From positions 1 to 64,000 of the forward strand of contig JBEKDT010000013.1 of NCBI GenBank assembly GCA_050014195.1: a stretch of DNA of 64,000 nt, given 5' to 3'. Positions 31,779 through 40,859 of this stretch are shown piece by piece. The position numbers and the translations under genes were made by a program. This stretch comes from Desulfomonilia bacterium (GTDB lineage Bacteria; Desulfobacterota; Desulfomonilia; UBA1062). The first letter of the stretch is position 1; each line of letters opens with the position of its first letter. Under the pieces are notes generated by a model. The model had not been told where the DNA came from, searched no databases, and saw only the letters and a program-made list of their open reading frames with translations.

Positions 31779-34700
31779 TCAAGCCAAGGTCAGGAGATAA
31801 GACCTGAGGTTCGTTTTGGATTTCTTCAGGCCCAGCTTGTCACGAATGTTGTTCCGATGAAATTCTATGGCCCGTTCGGATATGTTCAGGATTTCAGCAA
31901 TCTCCTTTGTGGATTTACCCTCCCTGATCAGATTGGCTACCTGGATCTCTGTAGGGGTGAGATTGAGATATTGAGAAGAGAGCTTTTTTAGGAATGGCGA
32001 AATGATGTCGTTGAGGTTCGATTCCAATATTTCGACGTATGCCCCCTGCTTTTCGTCAAGATTACCCAGTTTCAATTTATCCAGATAGGGGAGGGCAAGC
32101 TCTTTTATGTTTGAGAGCACCTTCTCCTCAAGCTCATTCTTGTCCTGTTCGCCGCGCTTGAGAAGAACCTTCAGCGCGGTATTCGCTTCTTCGAGGTGAA
32201 GCGATTCAAGTCTTAACTCTTCTTCTTTCTGCAAGAGGCTTTGCTCTGCCTGCTTGCGTTCTTCGATCTCCTTTTTAAGCCTGATATTTGCTTTAACCAG
32301 CTCCTCTGTCCTTTCTTCCACCCGCTGCTCAAGGCTCTCATATGCCCTCTGGAGCTTCTGTTCGGTGATCTTGCGCTCTGTGATATCAACGAAAGAACAC
32401 ATAAGGCAGATCGGTTTGCCGTCATCATTATTCACCATACTGGCAGTGATCTGCAAGGCGATGGGCTTGCCGTCCTTTCTGACTGCTATAATCTCGCCGA
32501 ACCAATCCCCTTTCTCAAGGACGGAATGAAAAATCATATCCGCCTCATTCTTCGATTGGGCAAAACTCAAGGCTGATTTGCCAAGAACTTCTGATACGTC
32601 ATTTCCACCCCAGAGACGCATGAAAGAATTGTTGACATAAGTGATGTTACCATTGAGATCGCCGATTGCGATCCCGTTGATAGAGGATGCAATGGCAAAG
32701 TCCTTGATCTTGAGTTCCTCCTCCATGTGCTTGCGCTCTGTGATATCCACGAAAGAATCCATACCGTAGATGGGTTCACCTTTTTCATTGCGTACCATGT
32801 TAACGGAGAGGTGGATGGTAATGGGTGAGCCGTCTTTCCGGTAACCTGATACCTCACCGGCCCAGCCTCCCTTCTCCCAGACAGTCTGATAGATCTCCAA
32901 TGCCTCTTCTTGTGATTTGGCAAGGTTGAATGCAGATGTGCCGATTACCTCCGATGCATCATCGGCACCCCACATCTTAACTGCTGCATCGTTCACATAG
33001 ATGATATTACCTTCAACATCGGTAATACCGATGCCGACTATAGATGATGCAATAGCAAGATCCTTGATCCTGAGATCTTCCTCCATACGCTTGCGTTCGG
33101 TAACATCAACAAAGGAATCCATCAAACAGATCGGCTCGCCCTTTTCATTTCGCACAAGGCTCGCCGAGATGTGTACGGTTATGGGAGATCCGTCCTTCCT
33201 GTAGCCTGAAGCCTCGCCTGACCAGCTCCCTTTTTCAAAGATGGTCCTATAAATCTCGAGCGCCTCTTCCTCTGACTGAGCTAAGCTGAGCGCAGAGGTA
33301 CCGAGTACCTCTGCGGCATCTTCTGCCCCCCACATCTTAACTGCGGCGTTGTTCACATAAATAATGTTTCCTTCAAGATCACTGATCCCGATCCCATCGA
33401 TGGAAGATGCAATGGCAAAGTCTTTTATCCTGAATTCTTCCTCCATGCGTTTGCGTTCGGTAAGATCAACAAAGGAATCCATCATACAGATGGGCTCACC
33501 CTTTTCATTACGCACAAGGCTTGCGGTGAGATGTACTGTAATGGAGGACCCGTCCTTCCGGTACCCTGAAACCTCACCGGACCAACTTCCCTTTTCAAGG
33601 ACTGTCTGGTAGATCTCAATGGCCTCCTTTTCCGACTGGGCCAAGCTGAGTGCAGAGGTGCCGATCACCTCTGATATATTTTCTGCACCCCACATCTTGC
33701 GTGCAGCCTCATTGACATAGATGATGTTGCCTGCAAGGTCGCTGATGCCTATTCCATCGATAGAGGAAGCAATAGCGAAGTCTTTGACCTTGAGTTCTTC
33801 CTCCATTCGTTTGCGATCCGTTATGTCTACGAAGGAATCCATAGTGCAGATGGGTTCGCCTTTATCGTTGTGCACCAGGCTTGCGGTGAGGTGAACCGTG
33901 ATGGGGGAGCCATCTTTTCTTCTCCCAGTTATCTCACCTGACCATCCGCCCTTTTCCATGAATTCTTCAAACACCTTGAGTGCCTCTTCCTGGGAATCAG
34001 CGAATTCCAGGGCCGACATCCCGAGGACCTCGGAAGGATTATCCGCTCCCCACATCCTGAGGGCAGCCTCATTCATATAGATAATATTCCCCTCCAGATC
34101 ACCGAAGCCGATTCCATCGAGAGAGGAGGCTATAGCACTGTCTTTGATCCTCAGCTCGTTCTCAATACGCTTACGATCGGAGATATCGAGAAAGGAGCAC
34201 ATCAGGTTTATGGGTTCACCTTTTTCATTTCGCACGAGGCTTGCTGAAAGATGTACGGTAATCGGGGAACCGTCCATGATTTTACCGGTAATTTCTCCTG
34301 TCCAATAGCCTTGCTCATTGACAATATTCATGACCCGAATGGCCTCTTCCTCTGATTGAGCAAAAACGGTTATAGGTTTGCCCAGGATGTCAGCCGGGTT
34401 ATCTGTGCCCCACATCTTCAGCGCAGCTTTATTTACATAGGTGACATTTCCCTGGAGATCACCGATTGCTATTCCGTTGATGGATGATGCAATGGCGCTT
34501 TCTTTTATGCGGAGCTCTTCTTCGATATGCTTGCGGTCTGTTATATCAATAAAGGAGCACATCATACAGGTGGGCGTATCTGCCTCGTCGCGTACAAGGA
34601 ATGCAGACAGGAGAACGGTAATGGGCAAGCCATTCTTTCGTCTTCCAATGATCTCGCCTGACCACTCACCTTTTTCAAGAACGGTATGCATTATATTAAT

Positions 34701-34946
34701 CGCTTCCTGTTCTGACTGGGCAAAAACCGTAGCCGACTTGCCGATGATCTCGGATGGATCGTCAGTTCCCCACATCTTGAGGGCGGCATTATTCACATAA
34801 GTGACCACACCGTCGAGGCCGCCGATGGCGATACCATTTATGGAAGAAGCGATGGCATAGTCCTTGATGCGCGGGCCATCTTTATGAAATGATCTCTCGC
34901 TACCATTCATCAGTGAAATCTCTTTGGACGTTGATTCCTCAGCCAT
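31779..34946 (-). CDS. Seven-PAS LuxR-type transcriptional regulator
   Basis: Seven tandem 120-aa PAS/PAC repeats, coiled coil, C-terminal LTPTEIQVANLIREGKSTKEIAEILNIS...HRNNIRDKLG HTH; RBS GGAGGA before MAEEST. Confidence 0.92.
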   Translation of the reverse strand: MAEESTSKEISLMNGSERSFHKDGPRIKDYAIASSINGIAIGGLDGVVTYVNNAALKMWGTDDPSEIIGKSATVFAQSEQEAINIMHTVLEKGEWSGEIIGRRKNGLPITVLLSAFLVRDEADTPTCMMCSFIDITDRKHIEEELRIKESAIASSINGIAIGDLQGNVTYVNKAALKMWGTDNPADILGKPITVFAQSEEEAIRVMNIVNEQGYWTGEITGKIMDGSPITVHLSASLVRNEKGEPINLMCSFLDISDRKRIENELRIKDSAIASSLDGIGFGDLEGNIIYMNEAALRMWGADNPSEVLGMSALEFADSQEEALKVFEEFMEKGGWSGEITGRRKDGSPITVHLTASLVHNDKGEPICTMDSFVDITDRKRMEEELKVKDFAIASSIDGIGISDLAGNIIYVNEAARKMWGAENISEVIGTSALSLAQSEKEAIEIYQTVLEKGSWSGEVSGYRKDGSSITVHLTASLVRNEKGEPICMMDSFVDLTERKRMEEEFRIKDFAIASSIDGIGISDLEGNIIYVNNAAVKMWGAEDAAEVLGTSALSLAQSEEEALEIYRTIFEKGSWSGEASGYRKDGSPITVHISASLVRNEKGEPICLMDSFVDVTERKRMEEDLRIKDLAIASSIVGIGITDVEGNIIYVNDAAVKMWGADDASEVIGTSAFNLAKSQEEALEIYQTVWEKGGWAGEVSGYRKDGSPITIHLSVNMVRNEKGEPIYGMDSFVDITERKHMEEELKIKDFAIASSINGIAIGDLNGNITYVNNSFMRLWGGNDVSEVLGKSALSFAQSKNEADMIFHSVLEKGDWFGEIIAVRKDGKPIALQITASMVNNDDGKPICLMCSFVDITERKITEQKLQRAYESLEQRVEERTEELVKANIRLKKEIEERKQAEQSLLQKEEELRLESLHLEEANTALKVLLKRGEQDKNELEEKVLSNIKELALPYLDKLKLGNLDEKQGAYVEILESNLNDIISPFLKKLSSQYLNLTPTEIQVANLIREGKSTKEIAEILNISERAIEFHRNNIRDKLGLKKSKTNLRSYLLTLA
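32370..34870 (-). repeat. Intragenic tandem repeat, 7 x 360 nt (PAS units)
   Basis: Equivalent junction sequence recurs at 32701, 33061, 33421, 33781, 34141, 34501 and 34861. Confidence 0.95.
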
Positions 34947-35131
34947 CAGTTTGTCCTCCGGGAAAAAGATACTATCTTTTCTTTTAACGAAACTCCATAT
35001 ACCTCTATAAATAGATTTTATTCTAAGTTGATATATACACAACAACTTGGAGATATGGGAAGTTTAACTTGAAGTTATGAAAGAAATCAGTTGTCTTACC
35101 CGATACCCTACGGCTGATTACCATATTCTTA

Positions 35132-36208
35132 TCAAAATGGCATGACAAGACCGACAGCAAAGTTTGCCACGAACACCTCGCTAAAGACTCCAACATGTTT
35201 GGGGTTCTCATAGCTATATGTGGTGACGTCATTACCGCCGATTGTTGGGGGGTTTGGGGTTGTTGCAATAGAGATCTGAAGGATCGGGTCGAATGTCTTC
35301 AGGTCATACCAGGTAGTACTCGCCTCTGCTACAAATTTAAGATTATTATATATTGGGACAGACATACCGCCAAGTAATTGCAGCAGCATGCCATTGACTG
35401 TCTGAGAATTATTCAGAGTGATTAAGTAATCAGGGCCTGCAAAATATTTATTTATTAGGTCCTTGCTGTCCGAGTGACGGGTTGCTATGCAGTACCCAAG
35501 GCCTCCACCCAAATAGGGACTGATCTTCCCGATTTGATCGAATTTGTACAGGGCGTTTAATGTGACAGGGAATATATAGAAGTCAGTGTGTACGTCGATC
35601 TGTTTCAGTGATTCGGAACTGGTGATCTGGTATACCCCTCCGCTACTGTACCCTATCCCAAGATTTTCCGCAGGCAAATCTTCGGCGTTAATAGTGGTTT
35701 GGCCTGCCTGGCCATAGTTACCTGGAGACCATTCCTCTGAGGCAACTTGAACGGATTTCCTGTCGCCCTTTATTGACCAATCGCCGGTAAGCATCATTGC
35801 ACCGAGACTAACACTTAGTGATAAATTTTCATCGATCTTTTGCCCAACACCGATTGATACGGATCCACCATAATTAAGGAATTCACGGAAAGTTCTGTCA
35901 AGGAGCGGTACAGCCACCCCGGTTTTCACAAAATAGAACATATTTTTTTCTTGAACAGTAGCCGCAAGAGCTTGATGAGATGGGTCAACCGTCTCGACCT
36001 GAGCTACCATAGTCCGGCTGTCTTTATCTTTGTGATCAATGGAGGTTGGTAATAAGGTATTACCGAGTGCATCAGTTGCTGGAGGCTGACCTATTGAGAT
36101 TGTTTGGCCATGCTGAGTTGCCGGGGTCGGTTGATCACCCTCTGATGCGGAAACAACCTGAGTTGAGGCTAAAATTAAAAATATTACAAATATGAGTTTT
36201 CTCTTCAT
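35132..36208 (-). CDS. Outer-membrane beta-barrel protein (OmpW/OmpA-TM-like, long loops)
   Basis: Signal peptide MKRKLIF...VVSA, IFPVTLNALYKF...SPYLGGGLGY, terminal F. Confidence 0.7.
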   Translation of the reverse strand: MKRKLIFVIFLILASTQVVSASEGDQPTPATQHGQTISIGQPPATDALGNTLLPTSIDHKDKDSRTMVAQVETVDPSHQALAATVQEKNMFYFVKTGVAVPLLDRTFREFLNYGGSVSIGVGQKIDENLSLSVSLGAMMLTGDWSIKGDRKSVQVASEEWSPGNYGQAGQTTINAEDLPAENLGIGYSSGGVYQITSSESLKQIDVHTDFYIFPVTLNALYKFDQIGKISPYLGGGLGYCIATRHSDSKDLINKYFAGPDYLITLNNSQTVNGMLLQLLGGMSVPIYNNLKFVAEASTTWYDLKTFDPILQISIATTPNPPTIGGNDVTTYSYENPKHVGVFSEVFVANFAVGLVMPF

Positions 36209-36640
36209 TCCCGAGACTCCAGAGTCTTGCACAGTCATTTCAATACCTTATATGGAATTATCGTTTATTATTATAATATACCACTAAAATTTATAGCAAA
36301 ATATGAGTATCTGTTAATGCATAGTTTTTTCATAGCAAAAAATATTCCTTAAATATGCATTTATAATTCATTGATATTGCGGTGATTATCTTATGATACT
36401 ATTACCTATTCATAACTGTAGGGAAAGTATATCCCTTATCAGGGAAAAACATTTCACACTCGGCACCCTGCCTAAAGAGGGTTTATGTTGACAAAAGACC
36501 AAGACTAAGGTCTTTAATGTCTTCAAATAAAGTTGTTCATATTATAAGAGAAAGAATTACTATGAAAACCTAACTGCGTAAATATGGAAATGAGTCTTCT
36601 TAAAAACTACACCATGCCGGGGCATACAGAAGGATCGTTT

Positions 36641-37105
36641 ATGAAATTATATAAGTGGCCTGTTCGATTTATTATTATTGTGTTAGGATTATCGGTTTGT
36701 TTATATATTTTTTGGCCTAACGTAACGTTAGCTACAGGACAAAACCTCAACCCGAGAGAACCTTTTCATACATCATTTTTAATTCAAAACAAATCAATTT
36801 ATCCGATCTATGATGTTAAATGTGATTTTATATTTAATACTATTGAGGATGATAACCATCATGTATTCAGCAAATTGTCGGCCAATATCGATACGATGAA
36901 TTTAGAAAGTCTGGGCCGAACAGAAAGCAGGCCGATCATTTTCAAAGTGGCAATTAACGGGTTGGAAAAGGGCATACAAGGAGCTCATATTACTTTATTG
37001 TTATCATACAAATTACCAGTTATCGGCATAAAAATTTCAAAAATTATTCCTTTCACCGTTGAAAGAACCTCTACAAATACATACGAATGGTCCGAAAGCC
37101 ATTGA
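36641..37105 (+). CDS. Hypothetical membrane-anchored protein
   Basis: ORF with N-terminal hydrophobic helix; AAGGA upstream of MKLYKW. Confidence 0.5.
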   Translation: MKLYKWPVRFIIIVLGLSVCLYIFWPNVTLATGQNLNPREPFHTSFLIQNKSIYPIYDVKCDFIFNTIEDDNHHVFSKLSANIDTMNLESLGRTESRPIIFKVAINGLEKGIQGAHITLLLSYKLPVIGIKISKIIPFTVERTSTNTYEWSESH

Positions 37106-37216
37106 TGCTCATTACAAATTAGCTGTATTATAGATTTTGCTTGGTATGATGGTTTTGATTCTGTTAAACAATGGAGACGTTTCCTTGATAATATCTCTCA
37201 AAAAGGAGGGACTGAT

Positions 37217-38107
37217 ATGATAAAAGGTGGAAATAACAAAAGGTTCCTCGCTGTTTTTATTGTCTCTCTGCTCCTTATTGCAGGGTGCAGTTCAAGTAAT
37301 GGTACTGCGAACATTACCAACCCATATGAAACACAAGATGCTTCTGGTGTATGGCTGGGATATATAGGCAATGCTTTTGTTATAGGCATCATTACAACGG
37401 ATGATAATGAAAATTATTCGGGACGCTTTATGGGCCAATATAATGAAAGCAAAGTATTCACGCAATTTTTAACCCCGGATGGGTCTTATCTGACACAAAC
37501 ACCTGAGACGGCTATCTATACGGGAACTCTTGAAGAATGTGTATGGGACACTACTGGCCCTGATTACTACAATAAATTGCCACTTCAGACACTATCAATA
37601 TTAAGCAGTGTATCTGCGAAAAGTGTTTTTGGAGGGCCGCTTTTCAGTTCAGCAGTATATAATGAACAACCTTATATTCCAGAGCAAATACAGACAGGAG
37701 AATTGATATTATATTATAACACCACCTATGATCTATCGCCGAATGTCAACAATCTTTCTGGGCAGTGGGAAATAACGAATATATTAACGAAAGGTAATAC
37801 CCTAATCTTAACAATAACACCCGATACGGCAGGTACTAATGGGACAACGCATATTTCGGGTAGTGACACGAAGGGTAATCAATTCGACGGGACAATTACT
37901 ATTCATGTTACCCCGGTGCCTCATAACATATATGATGTGAGCCTCAAGATGAATAACAGTATTGACCTCACCGGCCTTGTCACGTATGTACTGGAAGAAA
38001 CATCGGCAGGAGAAGGAATATCACTCCCACAAAAGACACTTGTTATCGGTGCAACAGACAAGGATAAGAACTATTCCTTAAGCGGACTTGCAAATAAAAA
38101 GGAGTAA
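37217..38107 (+). CDS. Hypothetical lipoprotein
   Basis: RBS AGGAGG, lipobox IAGC, Thr/Asn/Gly-rich beta-type body (SGVWLG, LSGQWE). Confidence 0.7.
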   Translation: MIKGGNNKRFLAVFIVSLLLIAGCSSSNGTANITNPYETQDASGVWLGYIGNAFVIGIITTDDNENYSGRFMGQYNESKVFTQFLTPDGSYLTQTPETAIYTGTLEECVWDTTGPDYYNKLPLQTLSILSSVSAKSVFGGPLFSSAVYNEQPYIPEQIQTGELILYYNTTYDLSPNVNNLSGQWEITNILTKGNTLILTITPDTAGTNGTTHISGSDTKGNQFDGTITIHVTPVPHNIYDVSLKMNNSIDLTGLVTYVLEETSAGEGISLPQKTLVIGATDKDKNYSLSGLANKKE

Positions 38108-38148
38108 AATCAATCGGTGAGCAGAAGGTATCATCATAATGTAAAATA

Positions 38149-38328
38149 TATAGGGTATCTCTAAAAATTGATGATCTCGAAAAAGAATGAGCGATCTCAT
38201 CCTCAGTGTCATTCCCGCGGAAGCTTCGAATCCAGTTATTTTGAGTAGTTCTGGACCTCCGCTTTCGCGGGGGTGACAATAAAAATAAATTCGTATGAAA
38301 TCCCCTGCATTTTTAGAGGTACCTTATA
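38149..38328. repeat. REP/MITE-like element, copy 1 (palindromic core 38207-38278)
   Basis: Core GTCATTCCCGCGGAAGC...CCGCTTTCGCGGGGGTGACA inside 20-bp outer inverted repeats TATAGGGTATCTCTAAAAAT / ATTTTTAGAGGTACCTTATA (2 mismatches). Confidence 0.8.
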
Positions 38329-38472
38329 GTGATTCAGTATGGTTGAAAGCCCGTGGTATCCGTGGAATGATGACCGGTTATAAGTAAAATATTTTTTGGA
38401 ACCCAGGTCACGTTAGTTGAAAAACTTTTCTCTGAAGCATGGCAATTTCTTTCCACTTTTCTTCGGCAGGAA

Positions 38473-38485
38473 CAATGCATTGATT
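38473..38485 (-). promoter_or_regulatory. IHF-binding site
   Basis: Minus strand AATCAATGCATTG matches WATCAANNNNTTR, about 30 bp upstream of the sigma54 -24 box. Confidence 0.6.
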
Positions 38486-38515
38486 ATAACTAATTGAAAT
38501 ATAGATATTATTATA

Positions 38516-38531
38516 TGGCAAGCTTATTGCT
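38516..38531 (+). promoter_or_regulatory. Sigma54 (RpoN) -24/-12 promoter
   Basis: TGGCAAGCTTATTGCT matches TGGCAC-N5-TTGCW with one mismatch and exact spacing. Confidence 0.8.
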
Positions 38532-38584
38532 ATTATCAAAGGCGTATGACTATCAGACACCTTTTGGGCCTGTGGGTTTATAAG

Positions 38585-39268
38585 ATGAATTGGAATAAGT
38601 GGATTAGAGGTTTCTTGACACTTATTCTTTCCATGGTTGTGATGATCATGTTATCCGCGCCCCTTTATGCTGATGTGAACGTCCAGGATCTGGAAATGGG
38701 GACCCACGATTATATCATTGACAAACAGCAGTCATTTAATTGTTCCATGGTCCAGATGAGTGATAATGAGCTTTCCGACGTGACTGCCGCCGGTTTTTCC
38801 AGTTTCACGTGGGATAATAGTATCCCAGATATTAGTGTCGCCACGGCATATCTCAATATCCAGACGAGCACGTTCACTGAGATCCAATCCCTTAAGATGG
38901 GTTATCATAATAGTGGCTGGGATGAAGACTGGACGAATGTTTCGCTTGGTTCATCAACGCAGGATCTTGTTTGCAAAGGGTTCACTATTCAGGCTAGTTT
39001 CTCAAACCTCACCGATCCGGCAACGAGAACACTCAACAGCCTCACAGTTGGCACCCCTTCGATGACCGGCCCCATCAGTGCCTACTTCAATTCGTTTACC
39101 GGGCATATAGGGAACGGTACAGATACAGGAGGGGTCGACTATACCCGGACAGACCTCTCAAGCTCCGGCACCGTCGTGAGGACGATCTATAGTAACAGTG
39201 ATAAGTTCTATATACAGCTTTCAAGCACAGGTTGGTTGTTTTACTGGAGAAATGGTACGCTCAATTGA
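38585..39268 (+). CDS. Secreted DUF6160/FilA-like protein 1 (divergent)
   Basis: Signal peptide (PLYA), MVQMSDNELSDVTAAG motif, Ser/Thr-rich beta composition; start chosen downstream of the sigma54 promoter. Confidence 0.65.
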   Translation: MNWNKWIRGFLTLILSMVVMIMLSAPLYADVNVQDLEMGTHDYIIDKQQSFNCSMVQMSDNELSDVTAAGFSSFTWDNSIPDISVATAYLNIQTSTFTEIQSLKMGYHNSGWDEDWTNVSLGSSTQDLVCKGFTIQASFSNLTDPATRTLNSLTVGTPSMTGPISAYFNSFTGHIGNGTDTGGVDYTRTDLSSSGTVVRTIYSNSDKFYIQLSSTGWLFYWRNGTLN

Positions 39269-39526
39269 GAAAGGCTTATAAAGAAGTTATGAAGACACAC
39301 AGGGCACTTACACTTAAAGTATGTAAATGCGATTCAATCGGGAGAGGGAGGTCTTTGCAGTGATTCTCCCAGCCCTGTGCATTTTATAAGGAAGGAAAAA
39401 TCGAAAAGGGGGTGATGCTTGGGTAGTAGGACTAAGTAGGACTAACCAATACAGACCAACAGGAAAAAAGGAAATGCATTAACAATGACGCAACTAAGAA
39501 AAAATAAAAAATGGAGGCAAAACGTT

Positions 39527-40756
39527 ATGAAGAGAGTATTGACTATTCTGGCTATTCTTCTCCTGCCCCTTTCCGTATGGGCAATGACCCCTGTCACTGA
39601 TTCCGACCTTTCCAATGTGACAGGCCAGGCTGGCGTGAGTATCAACCAGGATGTTATGATGAACATCCATATGGACGTCATGGCATGGGGTGATACTGAT
39701 GGCCTCGGTTTAGCAGGCATCGGCACCACTTCTGCACTTAAAACCGGTCTCAACCCATGGACCGACGTTACCACGGGCGGTTACATTGGTATCAAAGGCT
39801 TTGACATGGCTCTGAGGATAAAGGCACGTACCACTGATACATACGGTGCAGCCACTGGTTCAGACACGAACGCTGTTTATGGTGTTTATAACCCAACCAG
39901 TTATCCCGGCCTCAAGCCTCTGACCATCGATGTTGCGACTACGACTGCCGCCCAGGATCCCAACCTCTATGGCGCCGGCGTGACCTTTGTTCGCATCGGT
40001 CTTGGTTCCATGGAAATCGACGTGAGCGCAATGTCGTTTGATATCGGCCTCAGCTCACATGCTGGCGTTACTGCCACCAATGCCCCGACTCTTAATCAGA
40101 TTCTCGGCACCGTATCAATGGGTAACATCGGCATCTTCATCAGCCCCTACAGCTATGTTGACATCTACAATGGCGCCAGAGGAACAGGTTCTGGTGTAAC
40201 CTTCGGCATCCACTTCCAGATCGATCAGTTCAACATGGACTATATCTCATGGGGTGACAAGGATGGCTTTACCAACGTCGACACAAGCGATAATGCTGGT
40301 ATGCTACCAGGCTACACCAATACTAATCCGTTCCCCTGGGCCGCAGCAACTAAGGGCGGTTATATAGGGCTTGGCACGCTTAGGGTTGGTGGACCGATCA
40401 CGATCACAGGCACCGTGAATATTGACGTGGGTACTGTGACAACCGGTTACTATGCCTCGGCTGCCGCTATTCTGACCGGTGGTACAATAACAAATGTGCC
40501 GATGGTCCACATTACATTCGGGAATATGTCTGCTGCTGCTGGCGGACCCGCAGCGGGCCCAGCTTATGCTAACGGTGTAGGCCTTGAGGTGAATGTCCCC
40601 TCGATTATGGCAAACATAGCCCTTAGCGACACAGCAAATTTACTGAATAATTTTACTGGTTCCGTGCCGTCTGCAAATGTGTTGGGTGACATCTACATCA
40701 GCAACTTTAATTTCAAGATTATTAAAGGCAGCTGGGTAGACATCTTTGCCCACTAG
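39527..40756 (+). CDS. Secreted DUF6160/FilA-like protein 2 (probable major subunit, two internal repeats)
   Basis: RBS GGAGG, signal peptide VWA|MTPVTDSDLSNVTGQAGVSI, Gly/Thr/Asn-rich, ends LGDIYI...VDIFAH. Confidence 0.75.
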   Translation: MKRVLTILAILLLPLSVWAMTPVTDSDLSNVTGQAGVSINQDVMMNIHMDVMAWGDTDGLGLAGIGTTSALKTGLNPWTDVTTGGYIGIKGFDMALRIKARTTDTYGAATGSDTNAVYGVYNPTSYPGLKPLTIDVATTTAAQDPNLYGAGVTFVRIGLGSMEIDVSAMSFDIGLSSHAGVTATNAPTLNQILGTVSMGNIGIFISPYSYVDIYNGARGTGSGVTFGIHFQIDQFNMDYISWGDKDGFTNVDTSDNAGMLPGYTNTNPFPWAAATKGGYIGLGTLRVGGPITITGTVNIDVGTVTTGYYASAAAILTGGTITNVPMVHITFGNMSAAAGGPAAGPAYANGVGLEVNVPSIMANIALSDTANLLNNFTGSVPSANVLGDIYISNFNFKIIKGSWVDIFAH

Positions 40757-40768
40757 TTGATTACTTGC

Positions 40769-40810
40769 GAGGAAACAGGGGGGCTTTGTCTCCCCTGTTC
40801 CTCCTTTTAT
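40769..40810 (+). terminator. Intrinsic terminator / stabilising hairpin after subunit 2
   Basis: GAGGAAACAGGGG...CCCCTGTTCCTC stem followed by CTTTTATT. Confidence 0.75.
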
Positions 40811-40859
40811 TGATATGGAATGAAATGAGGATAAAGCGGAGGGATAATAAAAGGACATT

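Noticed and set aside
32370-34870. CRISPR array or DGR repeats
   Set aside because: The repeats are in-frame 360-nt coding PAS units; no spacers, cas genes or reverse transcriptase in the window.
39295-39380. c-di-GMP-I riboswitch (CACAGGGCA start resembles Vc2)
   Set aside because: Lacks the GGCAAA/GAAA tetraloop/GACGCAAAG/CTAA core elements; kept only as an unknown structure.
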